A DNA stretch of 64,000 bases from the human T2T-CHM13v2.0 reference genome, Homo sapiens: the NCBI RefSeq assembly GCF_009914755.1, contig NC_060948.1. The stretch is one strand, 5' to 3'. The notes below the pieces were generated by a model. It saw only the letters and a program-made list of their open reading frames with translations, was not told the origin of the DNA and ran no database searches. Made by a program: the position numbers and the translations under genes. This document shows positions 44,691 to 58,689 of the stretch, piece after piece (within the stretch, counting starts at the first letter, position 1; every line of letters begins with the position of its first letter).

Positions 44691-45394
44691 AATTAAGTAC
44701 TGCATGTGGAAAACTCGGCTGAGGGCCTGACACTTAGGAAATGGTAACCATTATGTTAACAGATCCTAAGTGGTGCCAAAGGGATTGGCGGAAATGGAAC
44801 ATGTCCCATGAGCCCACACCTGTGTCCTTTCAAATTCTATGATGTTGCTCTGAGCTGCCTTGAGGATGTGCGTATGGGTAAGAGTGGGCCCAGGGGTGGA
44901 GGTCAGCTGTATCCAAACTGTTCTTCTCACCCGACACCCCATATCTCCAGTTTAAGGCGATCACTAAAATGGAACTAATTTTCCCCTACAGGGACCAGAA
45001 CATCATGGAACTGTACTTGAATGTTCTTAATCTCCTAAAAGGCCTTTATCATTGTTCAATGCAATCTTCAGAGTCAGAAGCTGATGATGAGGCCAAATCT
45101 TAGCAAACCAATTCAATTTTATGAAACCAAAAACTTAACTTTCCAAGCTCTTACCACTGCATCTGGCCACCTGGAACCCCTGAAACGCTGCCTTCCATCC
45201 TGTGAAGGTGGATGATGAACCTGCTGCGAGCTCCTGGCTGTGGCCCCAGCACCCACATTAGATAACCCTCCTGTGATGCTTGTTTTCGCTTTGACCAGTT
45301 CTTACTCACTTGGTATTTAATGCTCTTTCTGAGCTTCAGAGCAGATAATTTAATAAGTTGGGGTTTACTCCTTCTCTTTCAACACCCGGAGTTA

Positions 45395-45730
45395 TTATTA
45401 TTATCATTATTTTTTGAGACAGGGTCTCATTCTATCACCCAGGTTGGAGTGCAGTGGTGTGGTCTTGGCTCATTGCAACCTCTGCCTCTTCCAACCTGCC
45501 CTCCTGTGACTTTGTCCATTCTAGTAATGGCAAGACATCCTCCCATCTCAACCTCTCAAGTAGTTGGGACTACAGGTCCACCCCACTGCGCTGAGCCAAT
45601 TTTTGTAGAGATGGGGTTTCTCTATGTTCCCCAGGCTGGCCTTTAACTCCTGAATTCAAGCAATCTTAATGTCATGGCCTCCCTTCCAAAGTCCTGGGAT
45701 TACAGGCATGAAACACCACACCTGCCCACC
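45395..45730 (-). mobile_element. Degenerate AluJ, last interspersed repeat before the satellite
   Basis: Alu reverse complement with (TTA)n tail and a short internal non-Alu segment. Confidence 0.8.
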
Positions 45731-45930
45731 AACCTGGTATATATGATAGCAAAATGTGTATATTTTAGAAGCTAACAAATATTTGGGAGAACAGTAGAAT
45801 TCATCTATCTTTGGGAAGAAAGTGCTTTGATCACTGTCTGGCAAAACATAACGGCGATATACATGTTTATTACATAGAAATTGATGTATATTCAAACATA
45901 TATATTTTATGTATATCTACCATACATAAA

Positions 45931-48900
45931 AATGAAATCAAATGGAATCGAATGGAATCGAATCAAATGGATTCGAATGGCATTGAATGAAATCAAATGG
46001 AATACAGTGAAGTGGAGTGGAGTAGAATGGAGTGGAAAGGAATGGGGTGGAATAGAATTGAATGGAGAGGAGTGGAGTGGAGCAGAGTGGAAAGGAGTGG
46101 AATGGAATGGAATGGGAAAAAATGGAATACGATGGAGTGGAGAGGAATGGAGCGCAGTGGAATGGAGTGGAATGGAAAGGAGTGGAGTGGAATGGAATGG
46201 AGTGGAGTGGAATGTAGTGGAATGGAATGGAATGGATTGGAATGGAATGGAGTGGAGTGGAATGGAGTGGAATGGAATGGAATGCAATGGAGTGGAATGG
46301 AAAGGAATGGAATGGAATCGAATCACATGGAATTGAGTCGAATCAAATCAAATTGAATCTAATTGAATCGAATGGAAAAAGTGGAATCAAATGGAATCGA
46401 ATGTAATCAAATCGAATGGATTCGAATTGCATCGAATGGAATTGAATGGAATGCGGAGAAGTGGAGTGGAGTGGAATGGAGTGGAATGGAAAGGGGTGGA
46501 ATGGAATTGAATGGAGTGGAGGGGAGTGCTGTGGAGGGAACTGGAGTGGAATAGAATGGAATGGGAAGGAATGGAATTGAATGGAGTGGAGTGGAGTAGA
46601 GTGGAGTGCAGGGGAGTGGAGTGGAGAGTAGTAGAATGGATTGGAGTGGAATGGAGTGGAGTGAAATGGAATGGAATGGAATGAACTGGAATGGAATGGA
46701 ATGGAATCGAATCACAAGGAACCAAATCAAATCGAATCAAGTGGAAAAAAATGGAATCAAATGGAAATGATCGAATGAATTCGAATGGCATCAAATGGAA
46801 TCGAATGGAATGTGTTGAAGTGGAGTGGAATGGAGAGCAATGGAATGGAATGGAATGCAGTGGAATAGAATTGAATGGAGTGGAGTGGAGTGGACTGGAG
46901 TAGAATGGAAAGGAATGGGAAGGAATGGAATTGAACGGAGAGGAGTAGAGTGGAGTAGAGTGGAGTGGAATGGAATGGAAGGGAATTGCATGGAATTGAA
47001 TTGAATCGAATTGGATGGAAAAAATGGAACCGAATGGAATTGAATGGAATCGAAACAAGTGCATTCAAATGGCTTCAAATGGAATCAAATGGAAGGTGGT
47101 GAATTGAAACAAAACGAATGGAAAAAATGGAACTGAATGGAAATGAAAGGACTAGAATTCAACAAATTCGAACGGCATCGAATGGAATCGAATGCAATGC
47201 GGGGAAGTAGAGTGGAGTACGAATGGAAGTGAATGCAATGTGGGGAAGTGGAATGGAGTGGAATAGAATGGGGTGGAATGGAATTGAATGGAGTGGAGTG
47301 AAGCGGACCAGAGTGAAATGGAATGGAATAGGAAGGAATGGAATGGAACAGAGTGGAGTGGAGTGGAATGGAGTGGAATGTAGAGCAGTGGAATGGAGTG
47401 GAGTGGATTGGAATGGACCATAGTGGAGTGGAATCAAATGGAATGGAGTGGAGTGGAATGGAATAGAAAGGAGTGGAGAGTAATGGAATGGAATTTATTG
47501 GAGTAAAGTGGAGTGGAGTGGAATGGAGTGGAGTGGAGTGGAATGGAATGGAATGGAATGGAATGGAACGGAATGGAGTGGAGTGGAATGGAATGGAATC
47601 AAATCTGATGGAATCGAATCACATGGAATTCAATCAAATCGAATGGAATCGAATGGAAAAAAGGGAATTGAATGGAATCAAAGGTAACTGAATTGAATGG
47701 ATTCGAATGGCATCGAATGGAATTGACTGGAATGTGATGAAGTGGAGTGGAGTGGAATGGAGTGGAATGGAATGGGGTGGAATGGAATTGAATGGAGTGG
47801 AATGGAGTGGAGTGACATGGAGTGGATTGGAGTGGAGTGGAGTGGAATGGAATGAAATGGAATGGAGTGGAATGGAACAGAATGGAATGGAATGAAATCT
47901 AATCACATGGAATTGAATCAAATCGAATTAAATGGAAAAAATGGAACCAAAGGGAATCGAATCGAGTGGATTCCAACGGCATCGAATGGAATCAAATGGA
48001 AGGTGGTGAAGTGGAGTGGTGTTGAGTGGAATGGTGTGGAATGGAATTGAATGAATTGGCATGGAGTGGAATGGAGGGGACTGGAATGGAAAGGAATGGA
48101 AAGGGAAGAAATGGAATTGAATGGAGTGCAGTAGAGTGGAGTGCAGTGGAGTGGAGTGGAGTGGATTGCAGTGGAATAGAGTGGAGCGGAATGGAATGGA
48201 ATGGAATGGAATGGCATGGAATGGGATGGAATGGAATGGAATCACATGGAATCGAATCAAATCAAATGGAATTGAATCAAATTGAATCAAATGGAAAAAA
48301 TGGAATTGAATGGAATCTAATCGAATGGATTAAAATGGCATAGAATGGAATCGAATGAAATGCGGTGAAGTGGAGTGGAGTGGAATGGAGTAGAATGAAA
48401 TGGAATGGGAAGGAAAGGAACTGAATGCAGTGGAGTGGAGTGGAGTGGCACGGAGTGGATTGGAGTGGAATGGAGTGGAGTGGAATGGAATGGAATGGAA
48501 TGGAATGGAGTGGAATGGAATGGAATTGAATGGAGTGGAATGGAACGGAATGGAATGGAATGGAATCAAATCACATGGAATTGAATCAAATCGAATTGAA
48601 TGGAAAAAATGGAACCAAATGGAATCGAACGGAATCGAATCAAGTACATTCGAAGGGCATCAAATGGAATCAAATGGAAGGCGGTGAAGTGGAGTGGTGT
48701 TGAGTGGAATGGTGTGGAGTGGAATTGAATGGAGTGGAGTGGAACGGAGATGACTGGAATGGAAAGGAATGGAATGGGAAAGAATGGAATTCAAAGGAGT
48801 GGAGTGGAGTGCAGTGGAGTGGATTGGAGTGGAATAGAGTGGAGATGAATGGAATGGAATGCAATCGACTTGAATAGCATGGAATGGAATGGAATCGCAA

Positions 48901-51900
48901 GGAATCAAATCAAATAGAATGGAATTGAATCAAATAGAATCAAATGGAAAAATGGAATTGAATGGAATCTAATCAAATGGATTAAAATGGTGTAGAATGG
49001 AATCAAATGGAATGCAGAGAAGTGGAGTGGAGTGGAGTAGACTGGAGTGGAATGGAATGGAATGGGAAGGAATGGAATTCAATGGAGTGGAGTGGAGTGC
49101 AGTGGAGTGGAATGGAGTGGCATGGAGTGGATTGGAGTGGAATGGAGTGGAGTGGAATGGAATGGAATGGAATGGAAACGAATGGAATAGAATCAAATTG
49201 AATCGATTCAAATCAAATGGAAAAAATGGAATCGAATGGAATTGAAAAGATTCGAATGGCATCGAATGGAATCAAATGGAATGCCATGAAGTGGAATGGA
49301 GTGGAATGGAGTGGAATGGAAAGGAGTGGAAAGGAATTGAATGAAGTGGAGTGGAGTGCAGTTGAGTGGAGTGGAGTGGAGTGGAATGGAATGGGATGGG
49401 AAAAAATGGAATGGAATGGAGTGGAGTGGAGTGGAAAGGAGTGGAGTGGAATGGAATGGTGTGAAATGGGTGGAATAGAATGGAATGGAATCGAATCGAA
49501 TCACATGGAATCAAATTGCATCGAATAGAATCAAATCAAATCAAATCGAATCAAATGGAAAAAAATGGAATCAAATGGAATCGATAGAATGCAATCAAAT
49601 GGCATCAATTGGAATTGAAAGGAATGCGATGAAGTGGAGAGGAGTGGAGTGGAATAGAATGCGGTGGAATGGAGTTGAATGGAGTGGAGTGGAATGGATT
49701 GGAGTGGAGTGGAGTGGAATGGAATGGAATGGAATGGGAAGGAATGGAATTGAACAGAGTGGAATGGAGTGGAATGGAATAGAGAGGAGTAGAGTGGAGT
49801 GGAGTGGAATGGAATGGAATGGAATCACATGAAATTGAAAAGAATTGAATCGAATCGAATAAAATTGAAATGAATGGAAAAAGTGGAATCGAATGGAAAT
49901 GAATGGAATCGAATTGAACGGATTCGAACAGCATCAAATGGAATTGAATCCAACGTGGTGAAGTCGAGTGGAGTGCATGGGAGTGGAATGGCATGGGGTG
50001 GAATGGAATTTAATGGAGTGGAGTGGAGTGGAGCGGAATGGAATGGAGTGGAAGGAAAGGAATGGAATGGAAGGGAATTTAATTGAATCACATGGAATTG
50101 AATCAAATCGAATCAAATGGAAAAAATGGAATGGAATGGAATCGAATGGAATGAAATTAAATTGCATGGAATCAAATCATATGGAATCGAATTGAATCGA
50201 ATCTAATAGAATGGAAAAAATGGAATCAAATGGAATCGAACCGAATGGATTTGAATGGCATTGAATGAAATTGAATGGAATGCGGTGAAGTGGAGTGGAT
50301 TGGAATGTAGTGGAATGGAAAGTGGTGGAATGGAATTGAAAGGTGTTGAGTGGAGTGGAGTAGAAAGGACTGGAGTGGAATGGAAGGGAATGGGAAGGAA
50401 TGGAATTGAACAGAGTGGAGTGGAGTAGGGTGGAATGGAGAGGAATGGAGTGGAAAGGAGTGGAATGGAGTGAAGTGGAGTGGAATGAACTAGAGTGGAG
50501 TGGAATGGAGTAGAGTGGAATTGAATAGAATGGAATCAAATCCAATCAACTCGAATGGAAAAAATGGAACTGAATGGAATAAAATGGAATCAAATCAAAC
50601 GGATTGGAATGGCAGGAAATGGAATTGAATGGAATGGAATGGAGTGAAGTGGAATGGAGTGAAGTGGAATGGAGTGGAATGGAATGGGGTGTAATGGAAT
50701 TGAAAGGAATGGAGTGTACTGGAATAGAATGGAATGGAATGGGAAGAATGGAATTGAATGCAGTGGAGTGGAGTGAAGAGCAGTGGAGTGGAGTGGAATG
50801 GAGTGGAGTGGATTGTAGAGGAATTTAGTGGAGTGGAATGGAATGGAATGGAAAGGAATTAAGTGGAAAGGAATGGATTGGAAAGGAACGGGATGAAAAG
50901 GAATCAAATGGAATCGAATCAAATTGAATCAAATAAAAAAATGGAATTGAATGGAATCGAATGGAATCGAATCGAATGGATTTGAATGGCATCGAATGGA
51001 ATCGAGTGGAATGCGGTGAAGTGGAGTGGAGAGGAATGGGGTGGAAAGGAATGGAGTGAAGTGGAGTGGAGAGGAATGGAATGGAGTGGACTGGAATGGA
51101 ATGGAATGGAATTGAGACAAATTGCACGGAATTGAATCGGATGGAATCAAATCAAATCAAATCAAATTGAATCAAAAGGAAAAGGAATCGAATGGAATCA
51201 AATGAAATGGATTCAAATGGCATCAAAAGGAATCAAATGAAATGCGGTGAAGTGGAGTGGAGTGGAATGGAGTGGAATGGAATGGGGAGGAATGGAATTG
51301 AATGGAGTGCAGTGGAGCGAAGTGGAGTGTATTGGAGTGGACTGGAGTTGAATGGAATGGAATGGGAAGGAATGGAATTGAAAGGAGTGGAGTGGAGAGA
51401 AATGGAGTGGAGTGGAGTGGAATGGAGTGGAATGGAATGGAAAGGAAACGAATGGAATGGAATTGAATCAGATGGAATCAAATCGCATGGAATTGAATCG
51501 AATCGAATAGAATCGAATGGAAAAAATGGAGTCGAATGGAATCGAATGGAATCGAATTGATTGGATTCGAATGGCATCGAATGAAATCGAATGGAATCCG
51601 GTGAAGTGGAGTGGAGTGGACTGGAATGTAATGGAATGGAATGGGGTGGAATGGAATTAAATGGTGTGGAGCGGAGTGGAGTTGAGAGGACAGGAGTGTA
51701 ATGGAATGAAAAGGGAAGGAATGGAATTGAACGAAGTTGCATGGAGTGGAGTGCAGTGAAGTGGAGTGGAGTGGATTGGAGTGGAATTGAGTGGAGTGGA
51801 GGGGAATGGAATGGAATGGAATGGAATTGCATGGAATCAAATCGAATCAAAATGAATTGAATCAAATCAAAAGGAAAAAAGGGAATCAAATGGAATTGAA

Positions 51901-54900
51901 TTGAATGGAATAGAATGGCATCAAATGGATTCGAATGGAAAGCGTGGAAGTGGAGTGGAGTGGATTGGAGTGGAATGGAATGGAGTGGAGTGGAATGGAA
52001 TGTAGTGGAGTGGAATGGGATGGAATGGAATGGAATGCAATGGGGTCGAACAGCATGAAATCGAATTGCATGGAATCAAAATGAATCGAATCAAATCAAA
52101 TCAAATCAAATGGAAAAAGTGGATTTGAATGGCATCAAATGGAGTCGAACGGAATGCGGTGAAGTGGAGGGGAGTGGAGTGGAATGGAGTGGAATGTAAT
52201 TGGGTGGAATAAAATTGAATGAAGTGAAGTGGAGTGCAGTGGAGTGGACTGTAGTGAAATGGAATGGAATGGGAAGGAATGAAATTGAGCAGAGTGGAGT
52301 GGCGTGGAGTGGAGTGCAGTGGAGTGGAGTGGAATGGAGTGAAATGGAGTGGAACCGAATGGAATGCAATGAAATGGAATGGAATGGAATTGAATTGCAT
52401 GTAATCAAATAGCTTGGAATCAAAATGAATCAAATCAAATGGAAAAAATGGAATCGAGTGTAATCAAATGCCATCAAATGGAATCAAATGGAATGCAGTG
52501 AAGAGGAGTGGAGTGGATTGGAGTGGAGTGGAGTGGACTGGAGTGGAATGGAATGGAATGGGAAGGAATGGAATAGAACGGAGTGGAGTGGAGTGGAGTG
52601 CAGTGGCATGCAGTGGAGTGGAGTGGATTAGAGTGGATTGGAGTGGAATGGCGTGGAGTGGAGTGGAATGGAATGAAATGGACTGGACTGGAATGGAATG
52701 GAATGGAATGGAATTGAATCACATTAAATCGAGTCGAATCACATCAAATCGAATGGAAACAATGGAATAGAATGGAATCAAATGGAATCAAATCGAATGG
52801 ATTTGAAAGACATCGAACACATTTGAAAAGATTGCTGTAAAGTGGAGTGGAGTGGAATGGAGTGGAATGGAATGGGATGGAATGGAATTGAATGGAGTGG
52901 AGTCGAGTGGAGTGGAGTGGACTGGAGTGGAGTGGACTGGAGTGGAATGCAATGCAATGGGAAGGAATGGAATTGAACAGAGAGCAGTGGCATGTAGTGG
53001 AGTGGAATGGAATGGAATGGAGTGGAGTGGAAAGGAATGGAATGGAGTGGAATGGAATGGAAAGGAATGGAATGGAGTAGAGTGGAGAGGAATGGAATTG
53101 AATGGAGTCAAATCGCATGAAATCGTATCGAATCAAATTGAATTGAATCGAAACGAATAAAATGGAAAAAGTGGAATTGAATGGAATTGAATCGAATGGA
53201 TTTGAATGGCACCCAATGAAATCGAATAGAATGTGGTGAAGTGGAGTGAAGTGGAACGGAATGGAATGGAATGGGGTGGAATGGAATTGAGAGGAGTGGA
53301 GTGGAGTGGATTGTAATGGAGTGGAGAGAAATAGAGTGGAATGGAATGGAATGGAATGGTACGGAATGGAATTGCATGGATTCGCATGGAATCTCATGGA
53401 AACAAATAAAATCGAATGGAATCAATCGAATGGATTCGAATGGAATCGAATAGAATCCAATGGAATGCAGTGAAGTGGAGTGCAGTTGAGTGGAATGGAG
53501 AGGAAGGTAATGGGATGGAAAGGAATGGAGTGGAGTGGAGAGGAGTGGAATGAAACGGATGAGAATGGAGATGAATGGAATGGAATGGAATAGAATGGAA
53601 TGAAATAGCATGGAATCGAATAACATGGAATAGAATCAAATGGAATTGAAAGGAAAAAATGGAAACGAATGGATTTGAATGGAATCAAATTGAATGGATT
53701 CAAATGTCATCGAAAGGAATCGAATGGAATGTGGTGAAGTGGAGTGGATTGGAATGGGGTTGTATGGAATTGAATGGAGTGTAGTGGAATGGAGCAGAGT
53801 GTAGTGGACTGGAGTGGAATGGAATCGAATTGGAAGGAATGGAATTGAACAGAGTGGAGTGGAGTGGAAAGGAGTGGAGTGGAGTGGAGTTGAATGGAAT
53901 GGAATGGAGTGGAATGGAATGGAATCCAATTGCATGGAATTCAATCGCATGGAATCAAAGCAAATCAAATCGAACCGAATGGAAAAAATGGAATAGAATG
54001 TAATCGAATGGAATAGAATTGAATGGACTTGAATGGCATCGAATGTAATCGAAAGGAATGCAGTGAAGTAGAGTGGAGTGGACTGGAATGTAGTGGAATG
54101 GAATGGGGTGGAATGGAATTGAATGGTGTGGAGCGGAGTAAAGTAGAGAGGACTCAAGTGGAATGGAATGGAATGGGAAGAAATGGAATTGAGCAGAGTG
54201 GAGTGGAGTGCAGTGGAGTGGAGTGGAATGGAGTGGAGCAGAATGGATTGGAGTGGAATGGAGTGGAGTGGAATCGATTGCAATGGAATGCAATGGACTT
54301 GAATGGAATGGAAAAGAATGGAATTGCATGGAATCAAATTGAATTGAATAGAAAAAATGGAATCAAATGGAATAGAAAGGAATTGAATCAAATGGAATCG
54401 AATGGTATCGAAGGGAATCAAATGAAATGCGGTGAAGTGGAGAGGAGTGGAGTGGAATGGAATGGAATGGAATGGAATGGAATGGAATGGAAAGGAGTAG
54501 AGTGGAATGGAATGTACTGGAGTGGAATAAAATTTAATGGAATGGAATGGAATCGAATAGCATGAAAATGAATAACATGGAATCAAAATGAATTAAATCG
54601 AAACGAATCAAATCGAATGGAAAATGTTGATTTGAATGGCATCAAATGGAATCGAATGGAATGTGGTGAAGTGGAGAGGAATGGACTGGAATGGAATGGG
54701 TGGAATGGAATTGAATGGAGTGGAGTGGAGTGGACTGTAGAGGAATGGAATGGGAAGGAAGGGAATTGAAAGGAGTGGAGTGGGGTGCAGTTGGTTGGAG
54801 TGGAGTGGAGAGGATTGGAGTGGAATGTGGTGGAGTGGAATGGGTTTCAATGGAATGCAGTGAACTTGAATGGAATGGAATGGAATGGAATCACATGGAA

Positions 54901-57900
54901 TCAAATTGAATGAAATCAAAATGAATCGAATTGAATAGAATGGAAAAAATAGAATCGAATGGAATTAAATGTCACGAAAAGGAATTGAGTGGAGTGAGGT
55001 GAAGTGGAGTGGAGTGGAATGGAATTGAATGGAAAGGAGTGGAGTGGAATGATGTATTGAATTGGAATGGAATGGAATGGAATAGAATGGAATGAAATTG
55101 AATAGCATGAATTCGAATCCCATGGTAACAAATTGAATCGACTTGAATCGAATCAAATCGAATGGAAAAAGTAGAATCGAATTGCATCGAATGGAATGTG
55201 CTGAAGTGGAATGGAGTGGAATGTAGTGGAATGGAATGGGTTGGAATGGAAAGGAATGAGTGGAGTTGAGTGTAGTGTAGTGAGTGTAGTGGAGTGGACT
55301 GTAGTGGAATGGAATGGAATGGGAAGGAATGCAATTGAACGGAGTGGAGTGGAGAGGAGTGCAGTGGTTTGGAGTGGATTGGAGTGGAATGGAGTGGAGT
55401 GGAATGGAATGGAATGGACTGGAATGGAATGGAAAGGAATGGAATCAAATCGAATTTAATTGAATCAAATCAAATTGAATGAAAAAAATAGAATTGAATG
55501 GAATCAAATGGAATCGAATGGAATCAAATCAAATGGATTCAAATTGCATAGAATGGAATCAAATGGAATGCGGTGAAGTGGAGTGGACATGAATGGAGTG
55601 GAATGGAATGGGTTGGAATGGAATTGAGTGGATTGGAGTGGAGTGAAGTGGAGTGGAGTTGAGTGGAGTGAAATGGAATGGAATGCAATGGAATGGAATT
55701 GAATCAAATGGAAAAAATGGAAACGAATGGAATCGAAACATATGGCTATGAAAGGCATAGAATGGAATTGAAAGGAATGCGGTGAAGTGGAGTGGAGTGG
55801 AATTGAGTGGAATGGAATTGGGTGGAATGGATTTAACAGGAGTGGAGTGGAGAGTGGTGGACTGGAGTGGAATGGAATGGGAAAGAATGAATTTGAATGG
55901 AGTGGAGTGGAGTGTAATGGAAAGGAGTGGATTGGAGAGGAGTGGAGTGCAATGGACTGGAGTGGAGTGGATTGGAGTGGAATGGAGTGGAGTGGAATGG
56001 AATGGGATGTACTGGAAGGGAATGCAATAGAATGGAATTGCATGAGGTTGAATTGAATCGAATTGAATGGAAAAAAAAGGAGTCGAATGGAATTGAACGG
56101 AATCAAATCAAATGGATTCAAATGGCAGCGAATGGAATCGAATGGAATGCGATGAAGTGGAGTGTAGAGGAATGGAGTGCAACGGATTTTGGTGGAATGG
56201 AATTGAATGGACTGGAGTGGAATGTAGTGGACAGGAGTGGAATGGAATGTAATGGGAAGGAATGGAATTGAACGGAGTGGAGTACAGTGGAATGGAGAAA
56301 AGTAGTGTGGAAAGGAATGGAGTGGAATGTGATGGAGTGGAATGGAGTGGAATGGAATGGAATGGAACAGAGTGGAGTGGAGTGGAGTGAAATGGAGTGG
56401 AGTGGAGTGTAATGCAATGGAATGGAATGGAATGCAATAGAGAGGAGTGGAGTGGAGTGGATTGGAGTGCAGTGTAGTGTAGTATAGTATAGGGCAATGG
56501 AATGGAATGGAAAGGAATGGAGTTGAGTGGAGTGGTGTGGAGTGGAGAGGAGTGGAGTGGAATGGAGAGGAGTGGAGTGCAGTGAAGTGGACCAGATTAG
56601 AGTGGAATGGAATGCAGTGGAGTTGAATGGAATGTAATGAAGTGGAATTTAGTGGAATGAAGTGGAATGGAATGGAATGGAGTAGAGAGGAATGGAATGG
56701 AGTGTAGTGGAATGGAAGGGATTGTAGTGGATTGGAGTGGAACGGAATGGAATTGAGTGGTAGGGACTGGAATGGAATGGAATGGAATCAAATCAAAGGG
56801 AATCTAATCTAATCAAAATGAATCACATCGAATTGAATGGAAAAAATGGAATTGAATGGAATCGAAAGGAATCAAATCGAATGGAATAGAATAGCATAGA
56901 ATGGAATCAAATGGAATGAGGTGAAGTGGAGTGGAGGGGAATGGATTGGAATGAAATGGGTTGGAAAGGAATCGAACGGACTGGAGTGGATTGAACTGGA
57001 GTGGAGTGGAATGGTACGGAGTGGAAAGTAGTGGAGTGGAGTGGATTGGTGTGGAATGCAGTGGAGAGGAGTGGAGCGGAGGGGATTGGAGTGGAATGGA
57101 GTGGAGTGGAATGGAATGGAATGGAATGGAATGAATTGGACCGGAATGCAATGGAATGGAATGGAATAGCATAAAATCGAATCAAAGCAAATTGAATCGA
57201 TTTGAATCGAATTGTATGGAAAAAAATGGAATCAAATGGAATCCAATAGAATGGATTCGAATAGCATCGAATGGAATTGAATGGAATGCGGGGAAGTGGA
57301 CTGGAGTGGAATGGAATGGGGTGGAATAGAATTGAATGGAGTGGACTGGAGTGGATTGGAGTGGAATGGAATGGAGTGGGAATGAATGGAATTGAATGGA
57401 GTGGAGTGGAGGTGAGTGCAGTGGAATGGAGAGGAATGGAGTGAAGTGGAGTGGAATGGACTAGAGTGGAATGGAATGGTGCAGACAGGAATGGAATGAA
57501 GTGGAGTGGAAGGGAATGGAATGGAATTGACTGGAATGGAGTGGAATGGAATGGAATAGAGTGGAATGAAATGGAAAGGAATGGAATGGAATGGAGTAGA
57601 ATGGAATGGAATGGAATAGAGTGGAGTGGAGTCGAGTGGATTGGAATGGAATGGAACGGAATGAGTTGAAACGAAATTGAATTGTAGGGAATCGAATCAA
57701 ATCAAATCAAATCAAATCACATCAAAACGAATAGAATGGAAAAAATGGAAGTGAATGGAATAGAATGGAATCGAATCAAATGAATTTGAATGGCATCAAA
57801 TGGAGTCAAATGGAATGTGGTGAAGTGGAGTGGAGAGGAGTGGAATGGAGTAGAATGGAGTGGAATGGAGTGGAATGGAGTGGAGTGGAAGGGAGTGGAA

Positions 57901-58689
57901 AGGAGTGGAATGGCGTGGATAGGTATGAAATGGAATGCATTGGAATGGAGTGGAATGGAATGCAATGAATGGAATCGGATGGAATTGAAACGAATCAAAT
58001 CAAATTGAATCGAATGGACCAAATGGAATCAAATGATATCAAACAAAATTGAATCAAACGGAATTGAATGGAATAGAATGAAATCAAATGGAAAGTGGTG
58101 AAGTGGAGTGTAGTGGAATGGAGTTTAATGGAATGGGTTGGAATGGAATTGAATGGACTGGAGTGGATTGGAGTGGAATGAAGTGGAGTGAGTGGAGTGG
58201 AATGGAGAGGAAAGTAGTTTAGTGGAGTGGATTGGAGTGGAATGGAGTGGAGTGGAATGGAATGGATTGGACTGAAATGGAATGGAATGGAATCAAATGG
58301 AATTGCATGGAATCAAATTGAACCAAATCTAATCAAATTTAATAGAATCAAAAGGGAAAAGTGGAATCAAAAGAAATCAAATTCAATGGATAGGAAAGGC
58401 ATCGAATGGAATTGAATGGAATGCGATGAAGTGGAGTGGAGTAGAATGGAGTGGAATGGAATCGGATGAAATGGAATTGAATGGAGTGGAGTGGTGTGGA
58501 GTGGACGGAGTATAATGGAATGGGAAGAAATGGAATTGAATGGAGTGGACTTGAGTGGGGTGGAATGGAGAGGAATGGAGGGGAAACGAGTGGAATGGAG
58601 GGGAAAAGAGAGGAATGGAGGGGAAAGTACTGGAAAGGAGTGAAGTGGAGGGGAATGGAGTAAAGTGGAATTGAATGCAGTGGAGTGGA
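45931..58689 (+). repeat. Divergent HSat3-class (GGAAT/GGAGT)n satellite, transition block
   Basis: Pentamer array of irregular ~200-700 bp subunits, each with an AATC(G/A)-rich head containing ATGGAAAAA, a ...GTGAAGTGG junction and a GGAGT/GGAAT body. Confidence 0.95.

Noticed and set aside
45931-58689. Conserved linker plus variable body resembling a CRISPR-like repeat-spacer array
   Set aside because: The spacers are themselves satellite pentamers, the repeats are degenerate, there are no cas genes and the context is primate.
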